A model generated the notes under the pieces. The model did not search any database and was not told the origin of the DNA. It saw only the letters and a program-made list of their open reading frames with translations. Positions 30,276 to 40,910 of a DNA stretch of 64,000 nucleotides are shown in pieces. The stretch is from contig OZ244563.1 of assembly GCA_965217715.1 (NCBI GenBank), forward strand, positions 1,445,083-1,509,082, read 5' to 3'. The stretch is from Candidatus Poribacteria bacterium. Lineage in GTDB: Bacteria > Poribacteria > WGA-4E > WGA-3G. A program made the position numbers and the translations under genes. Position 1 is the first letter of the stretch. Every line of letters begins with the position of its first letter.

Positions 30276-31091
30276 TTGCGAGTATTGATCATGTCCGATA
30301 TGGAGGGCGTAAGCGGCATCGTTGTGTGGGATCAGGTTGACGGTGGTGCCGCGATGTTTGAAGAGGGTAGACTCCTCTATACTGAAGAAATCAACGCTGC
30401 GGTGCGCGGTGCAAAAGCTGCTGGTGCTACGGAGATCGTCGTTGTCGATTGCCATGGTGCCGGGCGAGGTTGGACATTTAATTCGCTTATACCAGACAGA
30501 ATTCATCCGGATTGTGAGTGGGTGGCACATCACGGGTGGGGACGGTTTGACGACATGTGGAAAGATGGGTGTGACGCGTGTTTGCTTATCGGGATGCATG
30601 CTCGTAACAACACTCCCGATGGTGTGTTGTGCCATACTATTTCTACCGTTCAATATCGGAATCTTTGGTTCAATGATGATCTTGTTGGAGAAACGGGTGT
30701 AAATGCTGCGCTCAACGGACATTATGGTGTTCCGGTTGCACTTGTCACAGGTGATGCGGCAGTTTGTAGAGAAGCAAAAGAACTACTCGGTGATGCACTG
30801 CCGACAGTCGCAGTTAAAAAAGGACTTAGCCGATACAGCGCAAGACATATCCCACCTGTACGCGCGCGTCAACTAATAGAGGATGCTACAAGAGAGGCAC
30901 TCTCCGATATAACAAAGGTCCGTCCTTATGTGCCTGATCAGCCAACAACAATCAAAATTGAGGTCTCAAGTGTGGATAAACTTGCAGACTTCAAAGGGCG
31001 ATCAGGCGTTGAAATAACGGGACCCGTCACCGCTGAGAGCTACGCGAAAGATTGGATGACAGCGTGGAATCAGTTCTGGCCATTTGTCTAA
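30276..31091 (+). CDS. M55-family D-aminopeptidase (DppA-like)
   Basis: The N-terminus MRVLIMSDMEGVSGIV matches the DppA start MKIYISADIEGV. Confidence 0.55.
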   Translation: MRVLIMSDMEGVSGIVVWDQVDGGAAMFEEGRLLYTEEINAAVRGAKAAGATEIVVVDCHGAGRGWTFNSLIPDRIHPDCEWVAHHGWGRFDDMWKDGCDACLLIGMHARNNTPDGVLCHTISTVQYRNLWFNDDLVGETGVNAALNGHYGVPVALVTGDAAVCREAKELLGDALPTVAVKKGLSRYSARHIPPVRARQLIEDATREALSDITKVRPYVPDQPTTIKIEVSSVDKLADFKGRSGVEITGPVTAESYAKDWMTAWNQFWPFV

Positions 31092-31173
31092 ACAGTTCCG
31101 CATTCTATCATAATTGGTAAAGCAAGGAAACGACATCGTCACACAGAGGTGTCAATTTTACGTTCTTCCAGGA

Positions 31174-31199
31174 CGGTAGGTTCGGTTTCCCAACCGAAC
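31174..31199. repeat. family-A palindromic element
   Basis: ggtaggttcggtttcccaaccgaacc. Confidence 0.75.
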
Positions 31200-31331
31200 C
31201 GGACTTATCCAATGCTGTTAGCCGTGGTTATCTATTTTGCAGGACTGTCTCCTTACGCTATAAATGAAATGTTTTGAGATGATCAGAGCGGTTAGAAACC
31301 GCGGCATGTATCTAAAAAGCTTGTGTATATA

Positions 31332-31754
31332 TTAAGATTCTTCAAGAACATCAAGCGGGTCGCCCGAAGCATCTTTGCGTTCCAACAACTCAACCTCATA
31401 TCCATCAGGATCGGTAATAAACGCCATCTTCATTCCACCAGAAGTAAACTGTTTACGCCATTCATCCGGCCAAATCTCCAATCCTGCTTTCTCCAAACCG
31501 TCGCAAAATTCAACAATATCGGGAACACCGATCGCAAAATGCATCAGGTCTTCCTGTACCTGCAGATCAAAATCAGGTGAATATGTTAACTCCAATGTGT
31601 GTGCGTTACCCGGAAGTTCAAGATGCACGATTTGGTTGCCTGCGGGGGATTTATCGCTCCGACTCAGAACTTTGAACCCCAAATGGTCACAATACCATTG
31701 AATAGAGTTATCAAGGTCGCTGACGCGAACCCGTGTATGTAAAAATACTGCCAT
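31332..31754 (-). CDS. glyoxalase/VOC-family protein (lactoylglutathione-lyase-like)
   Basis: HTRVRVSDLDNSIQWYCDHLGF. Second half has HLELPGNAHTLEL, which looks like the metal-binding site. Confidence 0.65.
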   Translation of the reverse strand: MAVFLHTRVRVSDLDNSIQWYCDHLGFKVLSRSDKSPAGNQIVHLELPGNAHTLELTYSPDFDLQVQEDLMHFAIGVPDIVEFCDGLEKAGLEIWPDEWRKQFTSGGMKMAFITDPDGYEVELLERKDASGDPLDVLEES

Positions 31755-31895
31755 TTAAGTCTCCTTATTTTTGTTATGTATGAAGTCAATCAACTATGTA
31801 GAGATACTAACATACTCTTATAATTTTGACAAGAATAATCCCAGCACTGTTATTTCACTTCGTGGTTTAGTAAAATCGAAAATATGTGAAACACA

Positions 31896-32073
31896 TGGTA
31901 GGTGTCAATTTAGTGCCTGATTTTATTGTTGGCGGGCTTTCTAAGCCCGATTATATATCAGTGTATCAGCGTTGAAAACTCCTCCAACAATGTAAGAGGT
32001 GCGTTTAGAAACCGCACCATAGGTGTCAATTTAGTGCCTGATTTTATTGTTGGCGGGCTTTCTAAGCCCAATT
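31896..32073. repeat. two direct copies (31896-31950, 32017-32073) of taggtgtcaatttagtgcctgattttattgttggcgggctttctaagccc separated by a family-A palindrome (31998-32023)
   Basis: 55-bp near-identical direct repeat. The module ataggtgtcaatttag also occurs at 27301, 31148, 54709 and 58177. Confidence 0.7.
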
Positions 32074-32312
32074 TTAACATCTTGAGTTCCGTGAATCAAC
32101 GCCAAATGCGCCTTTGGCATTTGGCGGGAGCGACATATAAATTCTATAACATTACGCCTTCTACGAGGCTCAAGAGCGTGTTCTACCGTGTTTCTATAAA
32201 CAATACACCTCTACGAGGCTATATAAATCCAATAATTGACGCGTATAGTGCCGCTTCCTAACCACACCTACCAAAGTGTAAAAGAAATTCTAGATTTCAC
32301 TATGATCAATTA

Positions 32313-34976
32313 CTAATCACTAGAATAACTATTTACGTGTTCATGAATTGGCTGCCGTTCTCTATTGGCATTAGGGTCAGCGCGACGAGCAATACCTGTA
32401 ATCGCATCAACGGACTCATCCGCCTTAAATCGCAAATACAGTTTTTGTGATTTTGCAGCCATAGACCGATTTTTGAGTGCGCGATAGCACCGCATTATAT
32501 TGTAATGTGCATCCAAATCTTCGAGATCAACTTCAAGCGTCTTCTGGAAATGTCCTAAAGCAGATTCATACTCACGTTTTAGAAAGTGCATGCGACCCAA
32601 TTCATTGCGAACACGGGTATCGCGTGGAAATTGTGAGGCAGCCTGTTGAAGATGTTGAATCGCTATGTCATAGTTTCCATAAGATTCTTGAACGAGGGCA
32701 TAAAAGTAATGCACCTTTGCGCGATGTCGGCTCTCTGGAGGCAATGTTTTCTGAATCTCAAACGCCTTATTGAGCATTGTTTCGGCACCGTCCATATCTC
32801 CTTCTTTGATGCGACATCGTGCAATATTCACCCACCCATCCATGTAGTCAGGGTCAATTTCGGTTACCTTAAGAAAGGCATTTTGTGCTGCTCTAAGGTC
32901 ACCTTGTAGGAGAAGTCCGATGCCGTAATCGTTCCAACGTTCACGCGCGTTTGCCACTTCTGTCTTTTGTTTAGGTGTGTTCTGCGATGATGGTATTACA
33001 TGAAGCGTTGCTTTTGCCTCTGCCATCATAGTAATTGGCAGATTCGGAATCGCCTTGATTTTTCCTGCGACATCCGATGTATCGCCTGTCCAGACCCATT
33101 TGCCATCATCGTAGCCTTTATCCACCTGAAAATTTGTATCCTCTGGGTCGCGGACACCCGCATAAGCCCACTGCGTATGCCACCAGTTAAATTTACGATA
33201 ATTTAGTTTCGCTTCTACGAAGAGAGTGTCTCCACAATCGGCTGGAATTTGCAGACGATACCGCACAGTATCAGCAGCACCCGGCGGAATAGTCCGAGAA
33301 TACAGCACAGTCCGCATCGCCCACGCATTTCGTTTGTTTATCAGGTTACCATGCGCATCTAACATGTAAGCGCGATAAAAATGCGCGCTCGGATCAACAG
33401 GACCATTTCCATCAGGTGCATCAATCCTGCCATTCCAAAACACAATTTTACCGTTCTCATCGGTGGCTTTCACCTCAAGCCAGATGTCAAACGCATCAAT
33501 CGTTCCTGCGGGGAATTGATGACCGACACCTCGTGTTCGCACCACCACCTCAATAAGCGGATCTTCACCTCGCGTTACTTCAATTCCGTCTTTGGGAATC
33601 GGCATACGATTGGCAAACAAGTCTAACGTTATCACATCATTCTGCAAAAAGTCTATCACAGCTTGGAGCTGTTCTTCGTGTTTATTTACAAAGGGGAGCG
33701 CAGTGTTCGCTGCAGGAAAGCGATGGCTGTGAACCTTGCCGTTAATATTTCCTGCATCCGTAGAATCTACAAGAGGCATGTGGCAATCAGCACATTTTTT
33801 CGCCTTATCGGGATAGTAAAATGAAAGTGCACCTTGCTGGGAGACACCACTTTTTTGCCACTGGTCGTAGTCGTTAAAACCACGTACCCATCGAAAATTA
33901 TTGACAGGAAAATCCAGATGCACTTTATGACAAGTTGAACAGAATTCTGCTGTATTGTTTCGGTGGAACGGTTTAAGAAAACTCTTTTTGTGTGGTTCAG
34001 GGTCGAGACGAATGAGATAGTTGTGCAAACTTCGGAGGATACGATTGTCGCTTGACGCTATGTCATGCAAAGGCGGATATTTTATCACATATCCACTGTT
34101 CCCCATTGTATCTTTTACCCTTTCAATAGAGTGGCACGCAGTGCATGCTAAACCCGCTTGTGCCGCAGGCGTATGCAGATTTTCCTCAATCGGTCTATCC
34201 ATGATACCGTTGAGTAGAATAGCAGGATCATGGCATCCACCGCACCATTTAGAAGATTCAATACCGTTCACTTCCTGCATATAGACGATTGATTTACGGT
34301 ACCACTGGTTATTAAATGAGGAAAAATGATGCGCAGATTCGTTCCACTGTTTAAAGATATCCGGATGACACCCCTTTGTGGCACAAGTCTCGGATGTGAG
34401 AAAGAAATCTGTCGGAATCAGGTTTCCCGTTTCAGTTTCAACGGATGCTGGGAAAAAGTGGCCGGTTGTTCCGTCCCCTTCCTCGTACATACTTGCTGGT
34501 GGCAATGCCGGATTTTCGACGAGATAATCCTTATTTGGAAAATAGTGTTGGGAAAGTTTCGCACCAATCGGAAAAAACACAACGCCAACTAATACGCCAA
34601 CAATTACTTTTTTGAATCTTTGCGATAGATTTGTATTGTCCTTCAATAAGTGAATGCAAAAGAGTAGACTTCCAATGCTAATGCTAACAATGTGTGCAAT
34701 GAGAAGCCAGCGATAAGGAGTAGTCGCACCGACTATCATCAAATAGCCGCCGCTAATGATACCAACAATTAAACCGAGAATACCAACACGCCCAATGTTA
34801 GAAATATATTTTGATTTTTGATAGAGATAGACGGTGAATGGGATTATGAGAAGAATTCCGAGTCCAATATGGAAAAGGACATTTAAAATGTAGAAAAGGG
34901 TGGGTTCACCGAAACTGAATAGATATGCACTGTTGAGTAGTAATATGAGGAAAGTCAATACGGTTAATTTGCGCAT
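32313..34976 (-). CDS. membrane-anchored multiheme cytochrome c fused to C-terminal TPR repeats
   Basis: About 4 N-terminal TM helices. CxxCH sites CGGCHDP, CTACHSI, CSTCHKV and CADCHMP, plus one variant CATKGCH. TPR-like C-terminal third. Confidence 0.7.
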   Translation of the reverse strand: MRKLTVLTFLILLLNSAYLFSFGEPTLFYILNVLFHIGLGILLIIPFTVYLYQKSKYISNIGRVGILGLIVGIISGGYLMIVGATTPYRWLLIAHIVSISIGSLLFCIHLLKDNTNLSQRFKKVIVGVLVGVVFFPIGAKLSQHYFPNKDYLVENPALPPASMYEEGDGTTGHFFPASVETETGNLIPTDFFLTSETCATKGCHPDIFKQWNESAHHFSSFNNQWYRKSIVYMQEVNGIESSKWCGGCHDPAILLNGIMDRPIEENLHTPAAQAGLACTACHSIERVKDTMGNSGYVIKYPPLHDIASSDNRILRSLHNYLIRLDPEPHKKSFLKPFHRNNTAEFCSTCHKVHLDFPVNNFRWVRGFNDYDQWQKSGVSQQGALSFYYPDKAKKCADCHMPLVDSTDAGNINGKVHSHRFPAANTALPFVNKHEEQLQAVIDFLQNDVITLDLFANRMPIPKDGIEVTRGEDPLIEVVVRTRGVGHQFPAGTIDAFDIWLEVKATDENGKIVFWNGRIDAPDGNGPVDPSAHFYRAYMLDAHGNLINKRNAWAMRTVLYSRTIPPGAADTVRYRLQIPADCGDTLFVEAKLNYRKFNWWHTQWAYAGVRDPEDTNFQVDKGYDDGKWVWTGDTSDVAGKIKAIPNLPITMMAEAKATLHVIPSSQNTPKQKTEVANARERWNDYGIGLLLQGDLRAAQNAFLKVTEIDPDYMDGWVNIARCRIKEGDMDGAETMLNKAFEIQKTLPPESRHRAKVHYFYALVQESYGNYDIAIQHLQQAASQFPRDTRVRNELGRMHFLKREYESALGHFQKTLEVDLEDLDAHYNIMRCYRALKNRSMAAKSQKLYLRFKADESVDAITGIARRADPNANRERQPIHEHVNSYSSD

Positions 34977-35055
34977 TCATTCACCTGCAAAAGGCTGAAG
35001 CATGTTTGCTTCAACCTATAATTTATAGTCAAAACCATAATTATTTATACACTGT

Positions 35056-35128
35056 GGTAGGTTCGGTTTCCTAACCGAACCGGCGTTTATTCAGTCTCAT
35101 AGATGCGGTTAGGAAACCGCATCTACCA
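35056..35128. repeat. two adjacent family-A palindromes (35056-35083, 35101-35128)
   Basis: ggtaggttcggtttcctaaccgaaccgg and agatgcggttaggaaaccgcatctaccatg. Confidence 0.8.
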
Positions 35129-35222
35129 TGAGTGTGCACATATTTTTAATTTCACTATAAATTCACCGTGAAGGATTGTCGGTTTAGTTGCTCTACACAT
35201 TGCAATTTTTCAATATTTTATT

Positions 35223-35993
35223 TCATCCTGCGGTATAGCCTCCATCAATAGGTAAAGCGATGCCCGTAACGAACGCAGATTCATCGGAGGCAAGGTATAA
35301 TGCACCATAAGCAATTTCTTCTGGTTGACCAAGTCTACGCATAGGATGCTTATTAGCAAGTTTCTGATATTCTTCTGGATTTTTGACAACTCCAGCGACC
35401 AAAGGTGTTTCCACGAAGCCCGGACAGATGCAGTTTACACGGATATTGTCTTCCGCGTAATCAAGTGCCATGCCGCGTGTCAAGTTCGTGACAGCACCTT
35501 TAGATGCCACATACGCTGCCCTTACGTCCGCGCCGACAATACCGTAAATGGATGACATATTGATAATTGATCCGCCACCGTTCTTTTGCATAGCAGGAAT
35601 AGCTGCCTTGGCACAAAGAAAAACACCTGTAATGTTCACATCTAAACAACGGTGCCAATCTTCTTCTGACAATTCAGCAACAGGCAAACGCATTGCAATT
35701 CCAGCGTTATTGAACAGAATATCAAGTTTGCCGTAGTTTTTTACGGTTTGCTTTACCATCTGTTCAGTGTCGTTTTTAATTGTCACGTCGGTTTGGACAT
35801 AAATTGCTTCGTTACCAGCGTCTTGAATGTCAATGGCGGTCTGGTTCCCGCCCTGTTGATCAATATCAGCAACGACAACCTTCGCACCGTGCTCAGCAAA
35901 TAGTATCGCGGTGGCTTTGCCAATACCAGAGGCTGCACCTGTGATGATAGCAACTTTATCTTTAAGTCGCACCGTTAAACTTTTTCCTTCCAA
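35223..35993 (-). CDS. short-chain dehydrogenase/reductase (SDR)
   Basis: TGAASGIGKA cofactor motif. YVASKGAV catalytic YxxxK. Confidence 0.8.
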   Translation of the reverse strand: MEGKSLTVRLKDKVAIITGAASGIGKATAILFAEHGAKVVVADIDQQGGNQTAIDIQDAGNEAIYVQTDVTIKNDTEQMVKQTVKNYGKLDILFNNAGIAMRLPVAELSEEDWHRCLDVNITGVFLCAKAAIPAMQKNGGGSIINMSSIYGIVGADVRAAYVASKGAVTNLTRGMALDYAEDNIRVNCICPGFVETPLVAGVVKNPEEYQKLANKHPMRRLGQPEEIAYGALYLASDESAFVTGIALPIDGGYTAG

Positions 35994-36925
35994 GCAGCTG
36001 GATTCTGTTCAGGCTCACCAATTCGGTTTCTCAATACGCCAATGTTCTCAACTTCAAGTTCAATCACATCACCAGGTTGAATCCATCGGTCAAGCTCCCA
36101 ACCGCACCCATTTCCGACAGTGCCGGATCCTAAAAATTCACCCGGAAAGAGCGTCTCTGACTGCGAGACAAATGAGATCATTTCAGCGAAAGAATAATAC
36201 ATATCGGAAGTACTACCTTCTGCCCACACTTCACCGTTGACCCTTGCTGTCATTTTCAGATTATACGGATCACCGATTTCATCAGGCGTAACAAGGCACG
36301 GTCCCATAATGTTGCTGTTATCAAAATCCTTTCCTTTTGCAGGACCAAGTGACAATGTCATGTGGCGAAATTGAATATCGCGCGCGCTAATATCGTTGTA
36401 AACCGTATATCCAGCAATGTACTCAGGGGCTTCTTCAATTGAGATGTTCTTCCCTGTTTTACCGATGTAAACGCCCCATTCAAGTTCAAAGTCAAGCTTT
36501 TCTGTGTAGTTAGGCCATGTAACAACGGCTTCGTGTCCAGCAATAGAAGCAGGACTTGTGCTGCCTCGATAGTAGTTAGGTAGTTTGAACCATTCAGACG
36601 ATATTTCTTTTCCAGTAATACGCGAGGCGGCATCCATGTGCGTTTTGAATACACCGAAATCACGCAAACTCGCGGGACGTGGAAATGGTGCAAGCAATTG
36701 AACATCGGACACGGAAAAAACGACATCGGGCAAATCGGAACCGTCGCTAAATTCCTTTTGGACTGTGTCAATCCGTTTTTGTGCGTTTGTAGCGCAATTC
36801 TGTTCAAAGAATTGGATCATATCAGGGACATCTAAGTTGAGATCAATAATCTTATCACCATTAACCCATGCACCGAGGCGGGAATGTTCGTCTAACGATG
36901 ACTTTTTGAATGTAACAAGTTTCAC
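35975..36925 (-). CDS. fumarylacetoacetate-hydrolase (FAH)-family protein
   Basis: FAH-typical C-terminus GDVIELEVENIGVLRNRIG and metal-binding acidic residues. Confidence 0.65.
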   Translation of the reverse strand: MKLVTFKKSSLDEHSRLGAWVNGDKIIDLNLDVPDMIQFFEQNCATNAQKRIDTVQKEFSDGSDLPDVVFSVSDVQLLAPFPRPASLRDFGVFKTHMDAASRITGKEISSEWFKLPNYYRGSTSPASIAGHEAVVTWPNYTEKLDFELEWGVYIGKTGKNISIEEAPEYIAGYTVYNDISARDIQFRHMTLSLGPAKGKDFDNSNIMGPCLVTPDEIGDPYNLKMTARVNGEVWAEGSTSDMYYSFAEMISFVSQSETLFPGEFLGSGTVGNGCGWELDRWIQPGDVIELEVENIGVLRNRIGEPEQNPAAWKEKV

Positions 36926-37111
36926 AGGTATTCCTCTTCAAAAGACGTTTCTGATTTTATATCACAGATTCATTAAAAAATCAACATTTTTGAAAATACT
37001 GCCCATTACTACACATTAAAAAAGAGCACCTTCCTATTAGGAAGATGCTCTCTGAAAAACGCACTTTAATTGATGATACTATCTGAATTTTACATCAATA
37101 TCATCTTGAAG

Positions 37112-37930
37112 TTAACGCGTTGTTTTGAGATGACCCCAAGTAGTTGTTGCTTTTCCAGCGGGTTCAACGGGAGTAACGAGATCTGGTTGTTGTGAGATAA
37201 AGTCAATCATCTCAATGAGGACTTGACCGCGAGGGAGAGTTCCGTTGTTCCCCTCCTGCATACAAATACCAACACGACCACTGCTATTGTTCAACTTGAT
37301 GATACCCGGGTCAAAGAATCCAGCACCGTTGTCTCCAAAAGCGGCTTCAACGCTCCAGGGATCAACAATCTGCTCACTTTTGAACGGTCGGTTAGAGGTA
37401 TAATCCACCAATGAAGGGGTGAATTTTTTACCAATGTCAGTCGGAGTAATCTGAGTTCCACCACCCCACATATCAGCGTTGATGTTGATAATAGTCTTCA
37501 ATCCATCCTGACCATTAGCGCCGCCACCTTCAGTAACATAGAAGATGTAGTCACAACAATTCAGAATGATATTACCGCCGTAGAGGAACCTTTCAGCAAT
37601 AGAATCGTCAACTTGCACATTCCCGGGTGTGTATAGGGTTGTTGGGAACCATCCGAAAATGATGAGAATGTCTGCCACATCATCGTCAATACGTTCTTCT
37701 GCATACGGACCAATTTCCGCATCGGTTTTATAAACAACTTCGCCAACAGAGGGCACGTCATTTTTCAGGTTGTCAAAGACAATTTTGCGCTGAATATCAC
37801 CATTCTCTTGTGAAATCCATCCCACGCCTTCGCTAAAAATCGCAACATCGCCAAGAGCTGCCCAACTTGATGCTGTGACGGTGAAAGCGAACAGGATCGT
37901 AAATAAGATTAACAATTGTCTAATTTTCAT
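37112..37930 (-). CDS. secreted protein of unknown function, paralog A; C-terminal KATTTWGHLK motif
   Basis: Signal peptide. Shares motifs with 38010-38828 (GGNIxLNxxDYIFYVxxGxGxNGxxGLK, ININADMWGGGT, IVDPWxVExxFGDNGAG). Confidence 0.4.
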   Translation of the reverse strand: MKIRQLLILFTILFAFTVTASSWAALGDVAIFSEGVGWISQENGDIQRKIVFDNLKNDVPSVGEVVYKTDAEIGPYAEERIDDDVADILIIFGWFPTTLYTPGNVQVDDSIAERFLYGGNIILNCCDYIFYVTEGGGANGQDGLKTIININADMWGGGTQITPTDIGKKFTPSLVDYTSNRPFKSEQIVDPWSVEAAFGDNGAGFFDPGIIKLNNSSGRVGICMQEGNNGTLPRGQVLIEMIDFISQQPDLVTPVEPAGKATTTWGHLKTTR

Positions 37931-38009
37931 TATTTCTCCTTATAGATCTAATTCAATGGATCAATGATTTGTAGGGACGTAACGAAAAGTACGTCCCTAC
38001 AGGTACAAG

Positions 38010-38828
38010 TTAAATATCAGATTTGATATATGCCCACGTCGTCGTAACTTTTTCGTTGGGATCAACTGCTGCTGCACCAAGGACATCAGCTAAATAATTG
38101 TCAATCATCTCGGCGAATACTTCACCTCGTGGAAGTCCATCATTACCAGATATTTGATAAGCGATGCCGATTCTGCCACCGGTTTTTGTGTCGTGAACAA
38201 TGGCTGGATCCAGGAGTCCGGCACCATTATCCCCGAAAACAACCTCAACTTCCCATGGATCAACAATCTGAGCTGCCTTGAAGGTACGTGCTGAGGTAAA
38301 GGCGGCAAGACTGGGGGTATATTTCTTACCGTCGTCTGTTGGTTTGATGGCAGTGCCACCAGCCCACATATCGGCGTTAATGTCCATCATGTTTTTCAAG
38401 CCTTGCTCGCCGTTCGTACCAGCACCTTGCACGACGTAGAAGATATAATCCGCAGTATTGAGGAAGATATTTCCACCTTCAAGGAATTTTTCGGCCACAG
38501 AATCGTCAGGTTTCCCATTACCGGGTGGATAGAGTGTCGCTGGAAAGTCACCAAAGGTAACGATAATATCCGCTTGACGGTTGTCGGTGTGGTCTTCTGC
38601 CCATGACCCAATTTCTTTTTCGGTTAATGTGACAACCTTTTTGGGCCTCTTGAGAAGTTCAGTCAATTCTTCACCTTCTCTTGCTGCGGCAGCTTGTCCA
38701 ATCCAGCCAGCTCGTTCAGTATAGATTGCTACTTCTCCCATAGGTGCTGCTATGCTTATACTTGGAGTAGCGGTTATAGCAAGAAAATACCCCAAGATAC
38801 ATGCCGTTAAAATAATCACTTTTTTCAT
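38010..38828 (-). CDS. secreted protein of unknown function, paralog B; C-terminal KVTTTWAYIK motif
   Basis: Signal peptide. Alignable with 37112-37930 over the whole length. Confidence 0.4.
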   Translation of the reverse strand: MKKVIILTACILGYFLAITATPSISIAAPMGEVAIYTERAGWIGQAAAAREGEELTELLKRPKKVVTLTEKEIGSWAEDHTDNRQADIIVTFGDFPATLYPPGNGKPDDSVAEKFLEGGNIFLNTADYIFYVVQGAGTNGEQGLKNMMDINADMWAGGTAIKPTDDGKKYTPSLAAFTSARTFKAAQIVDPWEVEVVFGDNGAGLLDPAIVHDTKTGGRIGIAYQISGNDGLPRGEVFAEMIDNYLADVLGAAAVDPNEKVTTTWAYIKSDI

Positions 38829-39502
38829 GAAAAACTCCTTTTATATAGTTTGTGGTAAAGCTTCCTAAAAAACATTAGGAATCCTCACGCGTTGTGTTAA
38901 TAAATATTAGGTGAGAGTATCCCAACTTCTTGAAATAAAATAGCCCACACATTCTCCAAGTTAAATGGAGAGCGTACGGGCGCGATGAAAGATTGACAGT
39001 TACTACCGATTTTCGCTTGTTCGTTAACCTGCGTATTATTACAAGTGTTAATGCGTTGAGGGGGGGGTAATAACTTAAAGTTAATAAAGCGAGTGATGAG
39101 TGAAGGCGTAGAAGGGATAGAGACACACCAACTATGGTGTTGGCTTATTTTAATTGAGACCGCTTTTTCAACATAGGTATTGATATTAGTATTTTGCATT
39201 TTTTTATCCCCGCAATGTTAAGCATTATTTTGATAACAGTGGGGAACAATTCCCTCATCTTTGCCTAAGTTTCCATCACACAAATTCTAAAACTTGCTTG
39301 CATTATACAAAACTTTACCAAAAATGTCAAGAATTAATTTTAATAATTGTCCAGGACTTACGCATTTTCTCTTAAAGTCCCCTTGATAAGGGGGATTTAG
39401 GGGGTAAAAATACCGAAATAACGGCTTTTTAAGTCCAATATTTCCTTTTTCTGCTAAATTTGCGTAAGTCCTGAATTGTCTATATAGTCAAATCGTATTG
39501 AC

Positions 39503-40795
39503 TTATGGCAGAGCAGGTTTGCTTAACAGGAGTGCAGGAGGCGATTCACCTATCAGAGTCAGTAAAAATTCGACTAAATCATTTACTTCTTGTTCGCTCA
39601 GGTTAAGCGGTTCAAGCGTGCCTTCACGCCTGCCGACAAATCCTGATGGAACGCCACCTGCATTATTAAAGTCAATGATAGATTCTAATGTTGGAAACTC
39701 ACCTGTATGGAAGTACGGGGCAGTGAGCGCTACATTTCGAAGTGTTGGCGTTTTGAACTGTCCTTGATGTTGCCGGGTCGGTTCCAAAAAATCCAGGATT
39801 CTTTGTGGTATATCTGGATTATCGCTATAGATACCGCCGCCATTAAACGGGTTAGCCAAGAGTTGCTTAATGCCATCGTATCTACCTGTATCTGGTGGAA
39901 GTTTTCCCTGAGGGACACCAAGGTTATGAAATTCGTTGTCTGTGAAATTAGGGTTGTCATGGCAGAGAATACAAACACCTTTCCCTATAAAAAGTTTTAA
40001 ACCGCGTTTTGCTTCAATTCCGATCACATCCAAATCACCACCAACATATTGATCGAACGGTGCGTTTCGGCTGATCAAAAGCCGTTCGTAAGCTTCAATT
40101 GCTTTTCCAATATTGGCAAAAACGGTATTAACTGCTATCTTGTCCTTTTCGGACATATTGTCAAACTGGACATCACCCGGTTTGCCCCCAAGCGGGAAGC
40201 GAGTAGAATCTGCTAAATTAGGCAATGGACCAAATACGGCTTCATAATCTTTTTGATACAACCGCTTAATAAGATGTGCATACTGAAGACGTGTGCCTGC
40301 TTGTTCTTTTTCTCCTTCCAGCGCAATTAACGCTTGTGACCACAGTGAATCAGCACGCCCATCCCAAAACTGCCATTTGTTGTAAGCCACATTGAGCAGT
40401 GTCGGGGCGTTCCTCATCCCTCTCCCTGCTCCTAATGAAGTCGCTTCAACGTCTGCGAATCCGTGAAAAGGTGAGTGACATGTTGCACATGCGACAGTGC
40501 CATCTTTTGAAAATCGTTCATCAAAGAAGAACAACTGTCCCAATCGTGCAGCATCAGCATTATCGGCAACGCGATTTGTCCGATTTGGTGGGGGTGTGGC
40601 AGGTAGAGGGGATAAACGTTGAATTACTGCCCATTCACGTTTTGTGAAGATATCTACTTCTATTTCAATATCTTCATTGATTGGTAGATAACTATCATCT
40701 CCACAACCGATAAGAGGTATTGTGATGCAGCATACAATACCAAGAATTATTATACTGATACGCTGTATTTCCGAAGTAGAAATAAGAAATGACAT
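39503..40795 (-). CDS. di-heme cytochrome c peroxidase (CCP/MauG family)
   Basis: Two CxxCH sites (CATCHSP, CILCHDNPNF), N-terminal anchor, 430 aa. Confidence 0.8.
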   Translation of the reverse strand: MSFLISTSEIQRISIIILGIVCCITIPLIGCGDDSYLPINEDIEIEVDIFTKREWAVIQRLSPLPATPPPNRTNRVADNADAARLGQLFFFDERFSKDGTVACATCHSPFHGFADVEATSLGAGRGMRNAPTLLNVAYNKWQFWDGRADSLWSQALIALEGEKEQAGTRLQYAHLIKRLYQKDYEAVFGPLPNLADSTRFPLGGKPGDVQFDNMSEKDKIAVNTVFANIGKAIEAYERLLISRNAPFDQYVGGDLDVIGIEAKRGLKLFIGKGVCILCHDNPNFTDNEFHNLGVPQGKLPPDTGRYDGIKQLLANPFNGGGIYSDNPDIPQRILDFLEPTRQHQGQFKTPTLRNVALTAPYFHTGEFPTLESIIDFNNAGGVPSGFVGRREGTLEPLNLSEQEVNDLVEFLLTLIGESPPALLLSKPALP

Positions 40796-40910
40796 CCTAT
40801 ATTTTCCATGTCTTTTATATTCAAATCCTAAATATACCGACCTTCTGGTAGGCGAAATTTCAAATCGCGCTTACAGCATGGATTTTAGCCTAACAAGTTT
40901 GGAATCGGAA

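Noticed and set aside
37967-37998. 11-bp-stem hairpin gtagggacgta...tacgtccctac between the two paralog genes as a terminator
   Set aside because: No U-tract on the transcribed (minus) strand. The stem shares the gtagggacg module with the repeat families, so it is more likely another repeat-derived hairpin.
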